A DNA stretch of 64,000 nt from Eledone cirrhosa (taxonomy: Eukaryota). Location: contig OZ024745.1 of the NCBI GenBank assembly GCA_964016885.1, forward strand, positions 61,194,001 through 61,258,000, given 5' to 3'. Below are positions 23,062-33,649 of the stretch, piece after piece (positions within the stretch are counted from its first letter, which is position 1; each line of letters opens with the position of its first letter). Position numbers and translations under genes: made by a program. Under the pieces are notes generated by a model. That model did not search any database and was not told where the DNA came from. It was given only the letters and a program-made list of their open reading frames with translations.

Positions 23062-26000
23062 CCCACACTATAAAGTGGTCATGTAGGTGTCATGACAAAA
23101 AGCACCCAACCCACACTATAAAGTGGTCATGTAAAGGACACGGCAAAAAGCACCTAGCACACAATGTAAATGTGGTTGGCATTAGGAAGGGCATCCAGCC
23201 AAAGAAAACCAGCCAGAAACACTTCAATATGAGCGAGACACGGTCACCTGACCCAACTAAATGGGACAAACCCGTCTAACCCATGCTACCATCATATACT
23301 CATCCTCATCATTTTCCATGCTGGCATGGATTGAACAAACTCGTGTTTCAAGACTGTATGGGTATAAGGACTGTATCATCCTCTTATTCCATTTTGGCAT
23401 AGTTTCTACAGTTGGATATAATTCCTATTGCCAAACACTCCACATTCTCCTGGGTACATTCTATAGTATCACCAACACTACCATTTTGCAGAGTGTACTG
23501 GGTGCTTTTTATCGTGACACCAACACTAGAGTAATCATTGTGCCTTCAGCAACTGACTGTAAAATACTGCCTCAAAATGGCTTGTCCAACACATGCCAAC
23601 ATGGAAATGTGAATGTAACAATGATGATGATGACACACACACATATATAAGAACAATGTAGGAAAATAAGTTTTCAGCTTTTGAGCACTGAGTATATATA
23701 TATATATAGAGAGAGAGAGAGATAGATAAATATATAAGTATAAAGGCTGGTGTGTTCAAGTGCAGAAATACTATAAAAATAGCTTATAAAATAATGTGAA
23801 AAGCCTTAAAAGTAGGAAGAAGTTGCTATGAGGAATTGAACTCCATATCTTCCAAATACTGGCTATTTTTCTGTTTTTTTAGGCTCTTCACCTTATTTTA
23901 TAAGCATTTCTGCACTTGGGCACATCTTTGTTCATACTTTTTACTTTCTATTTATCTTCTAATGAAGGACTAGTGTCCGAAACACTAAGACTCTCTTCCT
24001 GCTCTTTCAAGTGTTAAACTGATATATTTGTTCCATGTAGAGTGTCGTTTGTTTTGTTATTTCTGTTTACCTTTTACATATATATATATATATATATATA
24101 TTCATCATCATCATTTTACGTCCGCATTTCCCTGCTTGCAAGGGTGGGACATATATATATATATCATTTTCATTTTTTTATTTTTTAGTACTGGTGTAAG
24201 TACCTTAAACCATACACCTCCATCAAGCAAAAGCACCTCTGCTCTCCGATCGCGCTCAATTTCCTGCGCTTCAGTAGCCGGTGTCGTAGCAGAATGTGCT
24301 AATGGTTTCCCATTAAAAGGAAAGAACAAGCGCACATCTCAACTATCTGACCCAAGCAGCAGCACATCAAGCGGCCAGCGTAACTCGTTTGAGCATCGCT
24401 TAGAACTTAATGAGCAGGTTTGTTTTTAAACACCTAAACACCTAATCTTTGCTTGATCCTTAAAAGATTTATTCATACATTTTTTTGAAAGTTCAACTAT
24501 GTTTTTCTATAAGATACCGAAAACTTTTTAACTTCCACCTTCTCACTCCTTCCTCCAGCTAACACCTAAACGTCCTCTACGACCCGACTCTGAACGCAGA
24601 AATAGCCGACCAGCGAGCAGCCAGTTCCACTCTGATCAAACTCTTTCAGTTTTTCATGCCAGTGCTTCAAGCCTTTGTTCTAACGTCTCAAATACGTTAG
24701 GTAATTATTTATTTAAACTATACCATTGTAGGGTATTCTATTTCTGTCAGATTAAAAAATAGTTTGTAGTATAATTTATGATGATCTGAAGATGACTTAT
24801 TTGTTTATTAAATAAGGTGTTTCGTTTTTATTAAAAATCGTCATTTTTTTTTACTTTCAAAATTCATTAGAGAAATTTTTAGTAGTCAGCTTTGCTTCTT
24901 TACTTTTGTCTGTCTTTTCTCCTTCCTCTGTCTTTTCTCCTTCCTCTGTCTTTTCTCCTTCCCCTGTCTTTTCTCCTTCCTCTGTCTTTTCTCCTTCCTC
25001 TGTCTTTTCTCCTTCCTCCGTCTTTTCACCTTCCTGTCTTTTCTCTTTCCTCTGTCTTTTCTCCTTCCTCTGTCTTTTCTCCTTCCTCTGTCTTTTGTCA
25101 TTCCTACTTCTTCCTTTCTAGGATCATAGTCTGCTGATCCTTATATGTCTGTCTATATCAATATGGCTACCTATCCACTAACTCCTGCTGTGGATTTAGC
25201 ATTAGAGTAGAACATAGAAGGCTTGCTTTCTACTTATGATGTCCCTACATCACTGATTGAACCGCTTCATACTTTGTTTCTTCATCCTCATCAACCTTTT
25301 ACGTCCACTTTCCTGTAGTTGGACAGTAGCTTTTGCTTAAGTCAGTTCTTATTTGAATTTACTTCCTTCCTAGACAGGTTGGGGAAGACCATATCTTGCT
25401 TGTATGATTTATTTTTGGTGTGATTTCTACAGTTAGATGCCCTCCTAACACTAATCACTTTATCATGGCATCAACACTAGAGAGGTTGCCCTGTCTCCTG
25501 CAGAATTAAGAAGTCTTTTCCAATCTACATAGTCTCCTTCAAGGCAAATATGTCCTAGAGAATGAGATTATGAAAAATGTTGAAAGAAGGGAAGGTATAG
25601 ATACGGGTGTGAAGGGATTGGAAAACGTCTGTAATGAAAGTTACAAATGAAGACATGTTTATATTACAAATGTAAGACTTATGATATAGGTGTACCTAAT
25701 TACTTGTACTTAAGGCAGCATTCACCTGTGGTGGGTTGCTCCATCAAAAGAGTTCATGGTGTAAGTTCATTTCAATGGAATTTCTTTGGGCGATTGGTTT
25801 CATAAGCAGTGCCCAGCTGCAAGTATATGCACTTTAGGAGAGTGCAATCCAAGCATTGCATTGGTTATAGCGCTGAGCTCTCGCTTTCACACCCAACGAT
25901 ATTTTCTACTAAACCATTGCATGATTGTAAAAGTTATATAGGTACTTGATTGAAAAAACCTTTTACCTTCCTACCATGATACCTTACTTCAGTTCAATAC

Positions 26001-28714
26001 TCTTTAATAATAAACTATTTATTTATACTTTTGTTATTGATGATTTATACTGCAGTAGCTAATTACATCTCTTTTGTCTTATATCAGAAACGCCAGAATC
26101 CACCAGTGATGATTCAGATTGCTATGGCGAACCACCGCCGCTCCCGGAAAAGCTAACGTTTGCTGACTATACTAATACCATGGGAGAGGACTCCCCAATA
26201 ATTTCTCATCGTCTAATCAATTTAGTTGGACCTAAGAATAAAGTAAGATCAATTGGAGTACTTAGCCATTTGATGACTGCATTTCTAATGAAATATGCTC
26301 TATTTCAATTAATTAATGATAATTTTGAAATTTTGAAAATTATTAATTATTTCATTACTAAGATTGTAACTTATTAAATATTATCATCATCATCATCTTC
26401 GTTTAACGTCCATTTTTCACGCTAGCATGGGTTAGACGGTAGTTGTCCCACTTGAGGCAAGGTTGGTCGGGTGACCGTGTCTCACTCATATAGGACTATC
26501 TGGCAGGTTTTCTACGGCTGGATGCCCTTCCTAACACCAACCACATTTACAGTGTGGAACTGGGAACTTTTTACCGTGTTACCTACACAGCCACATTACA
26601 GCGTGGACTGTGTGTTTTTTTTGTCGTGACACCTACATTATCTCATTTATTTGGACTGGATGTTGTGGTACCAACTTTACAGAGAGAGGGTGGTGTTGGT
26701 GGGAGTGGGAGGATAGGGTAGGGGTAGTGGATTGTGGTGTAAATTTGGTTAAGAGGTGCCTACTGACTGTAGATTTCGCTTTGTACATAGGCAAGACGAG
26801 TCTTCTGTATTACTGCATAGCACCAAAGATCTCGGTCCAGTGACATTGTCTTAGAGAGGTGCAAGTGTGTAAGGTCAGAATTTATCAGATCATCCCAGGT
26901 TTTTCTGGGTCTGCCTACTCTGTAACTACCATCAATTTTGATCGCCCTGCACTTTTTTATGCAGCTGTCTTTCATGCGCATCACGTGGCCATACCAACGT
27001 AGTCTTCTCTCAAGTAAACAGCATCTGATCCCTCTTATTCCTAATTTCTCATTTAGTTCATTTATGCTTTGCCGTTCACGTATATTACTATTACACATCT
27101 AACGGAGGATGCATGCTTCATTCCTTTCCAGTCTGCGCAGGTCCTCTGCACGTAATGCCCATGTCTCACTGCCATGTAGCATTGCTGTTCGTATACAAGC
27201 ATCTGCCTTTCATTTTTAAAGAGAAACCGTTTGTGGCCAACAGCGGTATAAGCCCTCTGAACTTTTTCCATCCCGTTCTGACTCTGGCTACTGTACTTTC
27301 AGAACACCCTCCTCCACTGCTGATTTTGTCACCCAGGTAACGGAAAGTGTCTACTATTTCTATAGAACCATCTGGGCAATAGAAGGAGCTAGTATCCTGT
27401 GGACACCTGCTACCTATTGCACCTGAGCATCAGCCACATATAAAGTCTACGTTCTTAGATAGTTTACCTGTGATCCCACTACATCTTTTATGTACCCATA
27501 CTTTGCATTTGGGACATAAAATTGAATTTCTGCCTACTCATTTCCTACACACTGAGCATGGCTATTTCCCTGAGGGTACCTGTGCCTTATTTTCCTTTCT
27601 ACAAACTAGGACTTTAGTCTTAGACAAGTTAACTTTAAGGCCTTAAGGGGTATTTAATTTGTCTATTTATAAAAGAAACTTTGTATTTTATCTGATGAAA
27701 GCGTACCAATGTTGTCTTGGTACCCTAGAAATATATATAATAAAATAAATAAGGTTTTATAAATATAGTTTCCATTTATTTAATATCATTGTATATATAC
27801 ATTTATATATATATATATATATATATATATCATCATCATCATTTTACGTCCACTTTTCCCTGCTTGCAAAGGTGGGACGGGAACTGATTCTGGCTTGATT
27901 TCTACAGCTGGATGCCCTTCCTAATACCAACCTCATTTACAGTGAGTGCTGGGTTCTTTTTTGCCATGGCACCTCCACGACCACTTTGCAGTGGAATGAT
28001 ATGGACCCCAGTCCCTATCATCTCATTTCTACAGCTGAGTAAACTGGAGCAATGTGAAATAAAGTGTCTTGCTCAAGGAAACAACACATCACCCGGTCTG
28101 AGAATTGAACTCACAACCTTTCAATTGCAAGGCCAATGCTCCAATCACTAAGCCATGTGCCTCCATATATACATATATATAATACACCATTGGGTAGAAC
28201 TGGTGGTTCTGGTTGGTAAATCATGCTGTAACAAATCAGTGAAAGCAGTGTTATGCAAGTCATCCATTGTAGATGTGGTATCCAGTGGTTGGTGCAAGAT
28301 CGGAGTTAAGTATTTATTTGGCCGGACTGGAAAATTTCCTTTGAAATTTTAATTCCGTGAAATCACTATACATATTTCGATGGCCCAGCTCCATCAGCTG
28401 ATTATGATGCAAGACAGGATTATCTCGTCAGGCGACTTCCACAGAATTACTTAACAGGGTTACATTGAACCCAAACATATAATGGAAATAGGGAAAAAAG
28501 AATAGAAAATTGAAAATTCGATTCAGGGACTGCCTGTAAAAAATCTGTTGTCTTGGTAAGAGGCAGTCATATTTATATTCATAGATATGTGTGTGTTATT
28601 TATTAACTTATATAAAGCTGATTGTTTTAATTTATTTTGCAGCTTCCTCCTCCAATTCCAGTTGAAGAAGAAATAATACCACCTGTACCAAGAAAGCCAC
28701 CACTTCCACGATAG
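3851..28714 (+). CDS. DOCK1: Dedicator of cytokinesis, DOCK-A subfamily (DOCK1/DOCK180/myoblast city-like) Rac GEF; 3' 27 exons (~996 codons: ARM region, DHR-2, Pro-rich tail); 5' exons lie upstream of the window
   Basis: AG/GT-bounded, phase-consistent exons: 3851-3978, 4695-4781, 6503-6696, 7158-7230, 8958-9058, 10060-10118, 10377-10448, 11175-11275, 11812-11897, 13000-13156, 13875-14006, 14625-14744, 15480-15569, 15731-15835, 16751-16837, 17679-17733, 17984-18065, 18153-18225, 19364-19450, 19555-19728, 20389-20481, 21315-21446, 22765-22868, 24189-24417, 24559-24700, 26088-26242, 28643-28714. Motifs: [89 protein letters not shown]. Confidence 0.95.
4335..4534. mobile_element. piggyBac-type MITE family A; related copies near 35911-36128, 56718-56905 and 62670-62860
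   Basis: TTAA-CCATTTAGCATTTA ... TAAATCCTAAAGGG-TTAA termini; the same body recurs in both orientations. Confidence 0.65.
4695..4781 (+). CDS. DOCK1: DOCK exon ([22 protein letters not shown]..)
   Basis: ATAG acceptor, GTATGT donor, phase-consistent. Confidence 0.85.
5050..5470 (+). mobile_element. Two tandem tRNA-derived SINEs with a Deu/Nin-like core; further copies ~17297, 33445(-), 34775, 35005, 37415, 41230, 42175(-), 51590, 53110, 54640(-), 63358, 63590
   Basis: A-box-like TGGCAGTATCGG, B-box GAGTTCAAATCC, core GCCTTTCATCCTTACGGGGTCGATAAAATAAAGTACCAG. Confidence 0.85.
5512..6014. mobile_element. Degenerate Tc2/pogo-like MITE
   Basis: TA-CCATATGTACTCGAATATAAGTCGA ... CAGCTTATATATGAGAATATACAG-TA imperfect TIRs. 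Confidence 0.5.
6503..6696 (+). CDS. DOCK1: DOCK exon ([28 protein letters not shown])
   Basis: CCAG acceptor, GTATTT donor. Confidence 0.92.
6745..7075 (+). mobile_element. tRNA-derived SINE with a CORE-like segment
   Basis: TAGCTTAGTGGTTAGAGCG A-box head, degenerate B box, TGTGTTCTTGAGCAAGATAC core. Confidence 0.7.
7158..7230 (+). CDS. DOCK1: DOCK exon ([13 protein letters not shown])
   Basis: ACAG acceptor, GTAAGT donor. Confidence 0.9.
8958..9058 (+). CDS. DOCK1: DOCK exon ([24 protein letters not shown]..)
   Basis: TCAG acceptor, GTAAGA donor; conserved FLTQxxLQLE. Confidence 0.93.
10060..10118 (+). CDS. DOCK1: DOCK exon ([19 protein letters not shown])
   Basis: TTAG acceptor, GTATGT donor; conserved YxDMRR..MW. 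Confidence 0.93.
10377..10448 (+). CDS. DOCK1: DOCK exon ([23 protein letters not shown])
   Basis: GTAG acceptor, GTAAGT donor. Confidence 0.93.
10785..11040. repeat. Minisatellite, ~24-bp unit TACCTATACTTACTACCTATA(C/A)AG
   Basis: Directly visible tandem array; explains the repetitive ORFs. Confidence 0.9.
11175..11275 (+). CDS. DOCK1: DOCK exon ([17 protein letters not shown]..)
   Basis: TCAG acceptor, GTAAAT donor; hallmark DOCK-A/B motif. Confidence 0.95.
11812..11897 (+). CDS. DOCK1: DOCK exon ([22 protein letters not shown]..)
   Basis: TTAG acceptor, GTAAGT donor. Confidence 0.93.
13000..13156 (+). CDS. DOCK1: DOCK exon (..[28 protein letters not shown])
   Basis: CTAG acceptor, GTAAGT donor. 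Confidence 0.93.
13380..13720 (-). mobile_element. RTE-clade LINE fragment, second family; its 3' ends also occur at ~3470, 7285, 10165, 38910-39165 and 59165-59340
   Basis: [44 protein letters not shown] is a typical RTE ORF2 C-terminal segment. Confidence 0.8.
13875..14006 (+). CDS. DOCK1: DOCK exon, start of DHR-2 ([23 protein letters not shown]..)
   Basis: ACAG acceptor, GTGAGT donor. Confidence 0.95.
14065..14520 (-). mobile_element. tRNA-derived SINE with V-domain-like segment and internally repeated 3' part; + copies at 16198-16490 and 31218-31460
   Basis: CCCTGCGATGGACTGGTGTCCTGTCCAGGG motif; head GTGGCCTAGTGGTAAGGGTG seen in the + copies. Confidence 0.75.
14625..14744 (+). CDS. DOCK1: DOCK exon ([22 protein letters not shown])
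   Basis: TCAG acceptor, GTAAGG donor. Confidence 0.93.
15480..15569 (+). CDS. DOCK1: DOCK exon ([30 protein letters not shown])
   Basis: TTAG acceptor, GTATGT donor. Confidence 0.95.
15731..15835 (+). CDS. DOCK1: DOCK exon ([24 protein letters not shown])
   Basis: ATAG acceptor, GTTTGT donor. Confidence 0.95.
16751..16837 (+). CDS. DOCK1: DOCK exon ([22 protein letters not shown])
   Basis: TTAG acceptor, GTAAGT donor. Confidence 0.95.
17679..17733 (+). CDS. DOCK1: DOCK exon ([18 protein letters not shown]) followed by a U12 intron
   Basis: ACAG acceptor, GTATCCTTT donor. Confidence 0.9.
17734..17983 (+). other. U12-type (minor spliceosome) GT-AG intron
   Basis: 5' site GTATCCTTT; branch-site-like TTCTTTAAC ending ~10 nt before the CAG; no polypyrimidine tract; splicing restores SPKQ-Y-LQINAV. 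Confidence 0.9.
17984..18065 (+). CDS. DOCK1: DOCK exon ([17 protein letters not shown])
   Basis: ACAG acceptor, GTAAGT donor. Confidence 0.9.
18153..18225 (+). CDS. DOCK1: DOCK exon ([15 protein letters not shown]..)
   Basis: ACAG acceptor, GTAAGT donor. Confidence 0.92.
18740..19250. mobile_element. Tail-to-tail pair of Meta-domain-like SINEs with RTE-type (GAT)n tails; other copies 21620-22000, 23060-23290, 47240-47480
   Basis: AGGAAGGGCATCCAGCCGTAGAAAC-type core, CCCATGCTAGC..GGACGTTAAACGATGATGAT tail. Confidence 0.7.
19364..19450 (+). CDS. DOCK1: DOCK exon ([24 protein letters not shown]..)
   Basis: ATAG acceptor, GTAAGT donor. Confidence 0.95.
19555..19728 (+). CDS. DOCK1: DOCK exon with nucleotide sensor ([29 protein letters not shown])
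   Basis: ACAG acceptor, GTAAAT donor. Confidence 0.95.
20389..20481 (+). CDS. DOCK1: DOCK exon ([20 protein letters not shown])
   Basis: GTAG acceptor, GTAATT donor. Confidence 0.9.
20985..21213. mobile_element. piggyBac-type MITE family B (~230 bp); copies ~8185, 8610, 12404, 20068, 26263, 30182-30500, 32634, 55160
   Basis: TTAA-CCCTTT ... ATAGGG-TTAA termini; shared body CATTTCTAATGAAATACACTCTATTT. Confidence 0.75.
21315..21446 (+). CDS. DOCK1: DOCK exon, end of DHR-2 ([23 protein letters not shown]..)
   Basis: CTAG acceptor, GTAAGA donor. Confidence 0.92.
22765..22868 (+). CDS. DOCK1: DOCK C-terminal tail exon ([16 protein letters not shown]..)
   Basis: ATAG acceptor, GTAAGT donor, phase fits both neighbours. 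Confidence 0.8.
24189..24417 (+). CDS. DOCK1: DOCK tail exon ([18 protein letters not shown])
   Basis: TTAG acceptor, GTTTGT donor. Confidence 0.85.
24559..24700 (+). CDS. DOCK1: DOCK tail exon ([18 protein letters not shown]..)
   Basis: CCAG acceptor, GTAATT donor; LTPKRPLR recalls invertebrate mbc. Confidence 0.88.
24905..25095. repeat. 18-bp tandem repeat TCTGTCTTTTCTCCTTCC (~10 copies)
   Basis: Directly visible array. Confidence 0.95.
26088..26242 (+). CDS. DOCK1: DOCK tail exon with Crk-SH3-type motif PPPLPEK
   Basis: TCAG acceptor, GTAAGA donor. Confidence 0.88.
26384..27645 (-). mobile_element. 5'-truncated RTE LINE copy, same family as 47639-50319
   Basis: Near-identical to ~47640-48880 including the 3' UTR and (GAT)n tail; contains frameshifts. 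Confidence 0.92.
27686..27745 (+). ncRNA. Minimal type I hammerhead ribozyme motif (Penelope-associated type)
   Basis: TTTTAT-CTGATGA-stem II (GTACCA..TGGTAC)-GAAA-palindromic TATATA-TA-ATAAAA; stem I TTTTAT/ATAAAA. Confidence 0.6.
28643..28714 (+). CDS. DOCK1: DOCK terminal coding exon ([23 protein letters not shown])
   Basis: TGCAG acceptor, Pro-rich SH3 ligands, TAG stop at 28712-28714. Confidence 0.88.
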   Translation, partial: LPPPIPVEEEIIPPVPRKPPLPR

Positions 28715-29212
28715 CATCAACAGACTTGTTAAAATGTCTACAACTCTATTCATCTTACAAGTGACCTCTTTGTTTGCTTTTCCTGCACTTTGAAGCAAGC
28801 AAGCAAATTAGTGTAGAATATATTCTACTATTCTGGCAGTGCCAGGTTTACACTAAATTGCTCGTGAGACTAAACCAAATTGATAATGCTATAGACTGTA
28901 AGCAAATCTCATAAAAGTGTTATGGCAATTTTTTTTCTCTCTCTCCACATAGCTTCAAAACAGAAACCCATATGCACACTCCACATTTATCCCCCCCCCC
29001 CCCCTTAAGCATTTAATTTTAAAAATTTTTATAATTTCCTAATATCTGGAGGAAATAATTATATTTCAACTATCTTTTGAACAAATTTTATATAAATAAA
29101 TTTTTTTTTTAAATTTTACGTTCCACAATTTGAAGTTACCTCTACATATGTTGAAATTTTGTAGTATTTCCTCTCACTCCATCTAATAGCAACACTATTC
29201 AATGCTGATTAT

Positions 29213-29250
<38 letters not shown>

Positions 29251-32200
29251 CCCCCCCCCCCTCTCACCTTTTATTGATATCCTTGCCAGGGATAGAACTC
29301 AACTGCTGGCAGCTGGCAAATATATTTTGCTGTCCAATGACTATTTTAACATTTTTATTTTAATCATTTAATTTTTAAATATCCATCAAAAACAAGTTTT
29401 ATCCATTCTTTGTGATGGAATTCAATTCATATTTTCTATCAATTATCCATATTTTCTGTATATTTTTAACATTTATAACTTTGAAGTAATTGGTTTTAAT
29501 CAAATTAAACTGTACATAGGTACATCTATATAATATAGATCTGTCTACTCAATGTGAGCTACAAGAAATTCTTCTTCCTGAGGTTATTCCTCCAAGAAAA
29601 AAAATTTTAGATTTTTTTTTTTAATGAATATTCTAAATTGTTTTACCATAAGATTAGGAGTTTACACTGAAAGTAACTGTGTTTACTTCTTTGAAAGAGC
29701 ATTTTTTCAGCCTTCATTACACTTCTGTGTATCATAGTTGTGAGATATATTACAGGCCTTGAGAATACATGACTGTATATGTTTTGTTAAGTGCTATTCA
29801 TGTTTACTTGTTATGCAATCCAAACAAATGAAAGAATTTTATGAATGAAAGGTTGAGACGAGAATCTTGTATTTGAAAGCACACTTAAAACTGCTGTTTT
29901 CTCATTTACACATACACAAAAATACACAGAAACACCTACATAAATTCTCATACAGGCAAATAAACTCAAATGCTCCAAATTTAACACTGCTTCATGTGAC
30001 TTTGAATATTCTGTGTTTTATGTGTGGTATTTCTACAAAATAGAACTTTATAATTCCACTAGTTTAACTTTTACAGTAGATGCTAGGTGCTAAATGAATT
30101 TAAAAAATTACTAATATGAAATTTCTAATTTAAGACTATCCAAATACTAGTAACCAATGTATTTTGGTCAAATTTCATCCTTTAACCCTTTAGTTACAAG
30201 TCCAGCCAAAACTGGTTCTGGTTCTATGAAATAAAGTCACCCATTTTAAAGGGTTCCTATTTAACCCTTTAGTTAGCAACTCAGCCAAAACTGGCTCTGG
30301 TTCTATGAAATAAAGTCACCCATTTTAAAGGTTTCCAATTTAAATTAAAATCTTCCAACATAATTTTATATAAGAACCTTGCATTTATTTATTATCTTAG
30401 TAATGAAATAATTAATAATTTTAGTAAATCCCTCAAAATTCTTCATTAATTAATTGAAATAGAGTGTATTTCATTAGAAATGCAGTCGTGAAAGGGTTAA
30501 ACTTCTAGGGACTTTTTTTTCCTCTCTTCATTCTTCACAGAAATACAAAATTTACTGAATTAAGTTAACCAAAGCTACTAGCTGAAAATGTATGTGGGCT
30601 ACACACACACATTTTTGCCATTAAAAACACATCTTCTATTATGGCCATGTCTGTTTTAATATTGTTTTGTGGTATGTATGAAAAACTTCCATTGTAAATT
30701 TATTATGTGATCACTGATAGAAATAGAGCATTAACGATTATTGCATAGATGTACAGCCAAATATTTTTCATGCTGAAAGATTAATATTGTTGACACAAAT
30801 TTGAAGCTAACAACGTATGTATTTTTAATGGCTCAAGACCCTACCATGCAAATTGCTTTGGTTTCAGTACACAATTTTAGATGGAATCACTAACTAAAAA
30901 AGTGTTGCTAAGAAATATATATCATCATTATTATCAACTGTCCATTTTACAATGCTGGATGTATAAATATATGCATACATAAAGTAAAAGTTTTAACAAT
31001 GATATCTTAAAAATCAAAATTGATTCTTGTGTGGTATTTTAATCAAATAGATTATAATACTGAAATGTAGGTTGTAAATTAAAAATGAAAATGCATTTGT
31101 GTGTACACACACACACATACAAAACACACATTTGTAATATGATGAATCATAAAGACTGTTTTGAGTTAAGTCTTAGATATATTTTTGTTAATATATAATT
31201 GCAAGTATTTTCTTATGTGGAGGTGTGTGGCCTAGTGGTAAGGGTGTTGAGCTTATGATTATAGTGTCGTGGGCTGGGTTGTGTTGTGTTCTTGAGCAAA
31301 ACATTTCATTTCCTGTTGCTCCAGTATACTCAACTGAAAATAGGGGTTTAACCCTGCGATGGACTGGTGTCCTGTCCAGGGGATAGTCTTGTACTCTCAG
31401 TTGCTTCACACCATGAAAGTGCTTTCCTGGCGAGCCTCATGGCTTGAGACAGACTTTAAGTCTTTTCTAGTTAAATGGTATATTTCTTCAGTTATAGATA
31501 TATCACCACCATCATCATAATAATAATTTGATTTCCACTTTTTGGGTCTTGCTTGTTTTTTGATCTCAAATTTACAAATATATATTTAATATTATCTATA
31601 TTAAAATCTTAGCTAATCATTTATTATATATATTAAATTAAAGAAAAAAAAAATCAGTTATATTTATTTCCAAATTAAGCACGCTCTTTTCAGTCCTAAT
31701 TTTGTAAAATCAGGTAAAAACTTTATTACTAAATACCTTATTTCCTGTCGTCGAAGATGCTTCGCCCTCTGGATGCACCCCAATTTTGACAACCAAAAAT
31801 TTGGTAAAAATTTATAAACATGAAAATAAGGTCCAGGTACTTCAGGTTTTTTTACCTAATTTTTAATATTTTGTTTTACTACTTTAATTAAGTATAATCT
31901 ATACACTTCATTGAGTGGTCATATACAGGAGTTCAGATTACTGTCTAGCATAGATAATTTTCCTTTGGGATTAGGATATGTCTATGAGAAACATAACCTT
32001 CGGTCTCCAGGATGCATGGTAAATTTTCGAGACTTATTTTTGGAAAAAAATATGCCAGGAAATATGGTAAACAATTTCCTTATGGACTTTTTTTTTTTCG
32101 TAACTCTATAAACTTTAAAATAATATTTTTAATCTCATGCATCTTTATTTCTGGATTTACCCACCATTAAGATGACTTTTAGGAAAGATTCTGTTTTGGA

Positions 32201-33219
32201 AAGATAGGTTTCCACCTAGACAGAATGCTAGCAATCCTATCTAAAAAGCCCATTACACCTGCTGCACTTATTTTATCATTCCTAGAATTGAGATCCACAG
32301 AAACAAGCCCTAAATTTGTAACCACCGAGTATAAATTTCAGTACATTTATCAATGTACCAAGACAACTAAATGAGTCAGTGTGTGTACTGTGGTGTTTGA
32401 AGTAGTGTCTTTTGTAATTGAAAATCTTGAGTTTCATTGAACATGTTGTTTCTGGCTGAAATCCTATCCTCTATTGCAACTATTTTACTTCATTTTCTTA
32501 TAATACTCTTGGAAAAGGCATGAACATCACAACATCCATTTTATCTTTTTCCTCATTTGATATATTAATAGTACTAATCACCAAGATACAGACATTTAAA
32601 CACTCTACTCTGTTGTATCTGTGTATCAAATAACCCTTTTGATACTAACCTGCCACAAACCACCACAATTCTATGATGACAAACCTCTTGTTTGAAAGTA
32701 TTCATATTTAGATAAAAAGTGTTATAGAAGAATTTTTTTGTTATGTTATGTACTAAACACCAGCTTACGGATAAGGTTAGATATTTTACTAAATCCTTTC
32801 AAATTGTTTATTATTTACGAAATTAATTGAAAAAAATAGGTGATTTATTTCATCATAAATCTGGTAATGAACGGGATAATCTGGTGTCTCTAGTGCTTCA
32901 CCAAACTCTTCTAACCACAAACAGTTGTTCAACTAATACAGTGCCAAGTGACCTACTATTGTCTATATCTATCAGATTACCCCCACATAAGCACAGCTCC
33001 CAAACAAACACACTCTTTTCTGTGATATAGGGTTAATTATACATAAGGGATATAAGTAGAAGCTTTATAGCTGTTATGTACTCTTTGTTAATGAACATAA
33101 CTCTACTTAACTGTGGTGTGACAGCCACTTCCATTTTACCAACCAACTAATGACCAGATGGAAAAATATTTCAGTTGAAAAAAAATTTTTTCTACAATAA
33201 AAAATATCCCACTCACATT

Positions 33220-33441
33220 AGCAGAGAAAAATACATATATTGCAGTAAATAATATTTTGAAATCCTTCATAACTAGCCAAGAAAAATACATGTATCACAG
33301 CAAATAATATTTTGAAATCCTTCTTAACTAGCAGAGAAAAATACATGTATCACAGCAAATAATATTTTGAAATCCTTGATAACTAGCAGAGAAAAATATA
33401 TGTATCACAGCAAATAATATTTTGAAATCCTTGATAACTAG
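33220..33441. repeat. 55-bp tandem repeat, 4 copies
   Basis: Units start at 33220, 33275, 33330 and 33385 (AGCAGAGAAAAATACATGTATCACAGCAAATAATATTTTGAAATCCTTGATAACT). Confidence 0.95.
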
Positions 33442-33649
33442 ATAATAATTGTTTCTACTTTAGGCACAAGGCCAGCAATTATCCAGTGCATTACTGGTAC
33501 TTTATTTTATCGACCCCGTAAGGATGAAAGGCAAAGTCAACCTCGGCGAGATAATAATTGAGATTGTTCATGTAGGTTTGGATGATATAGACAGTTTACT
33601 ACTCTCACTTACAAACAATCATATTTTAGCTAAAAGAAAAACCAAGCTT

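Noticed and set aside
24886-25137. KEKRQR / LSFLLP repeat ORFs
   Set aside because: Translation of an 18-bp intronic tandem repeat.
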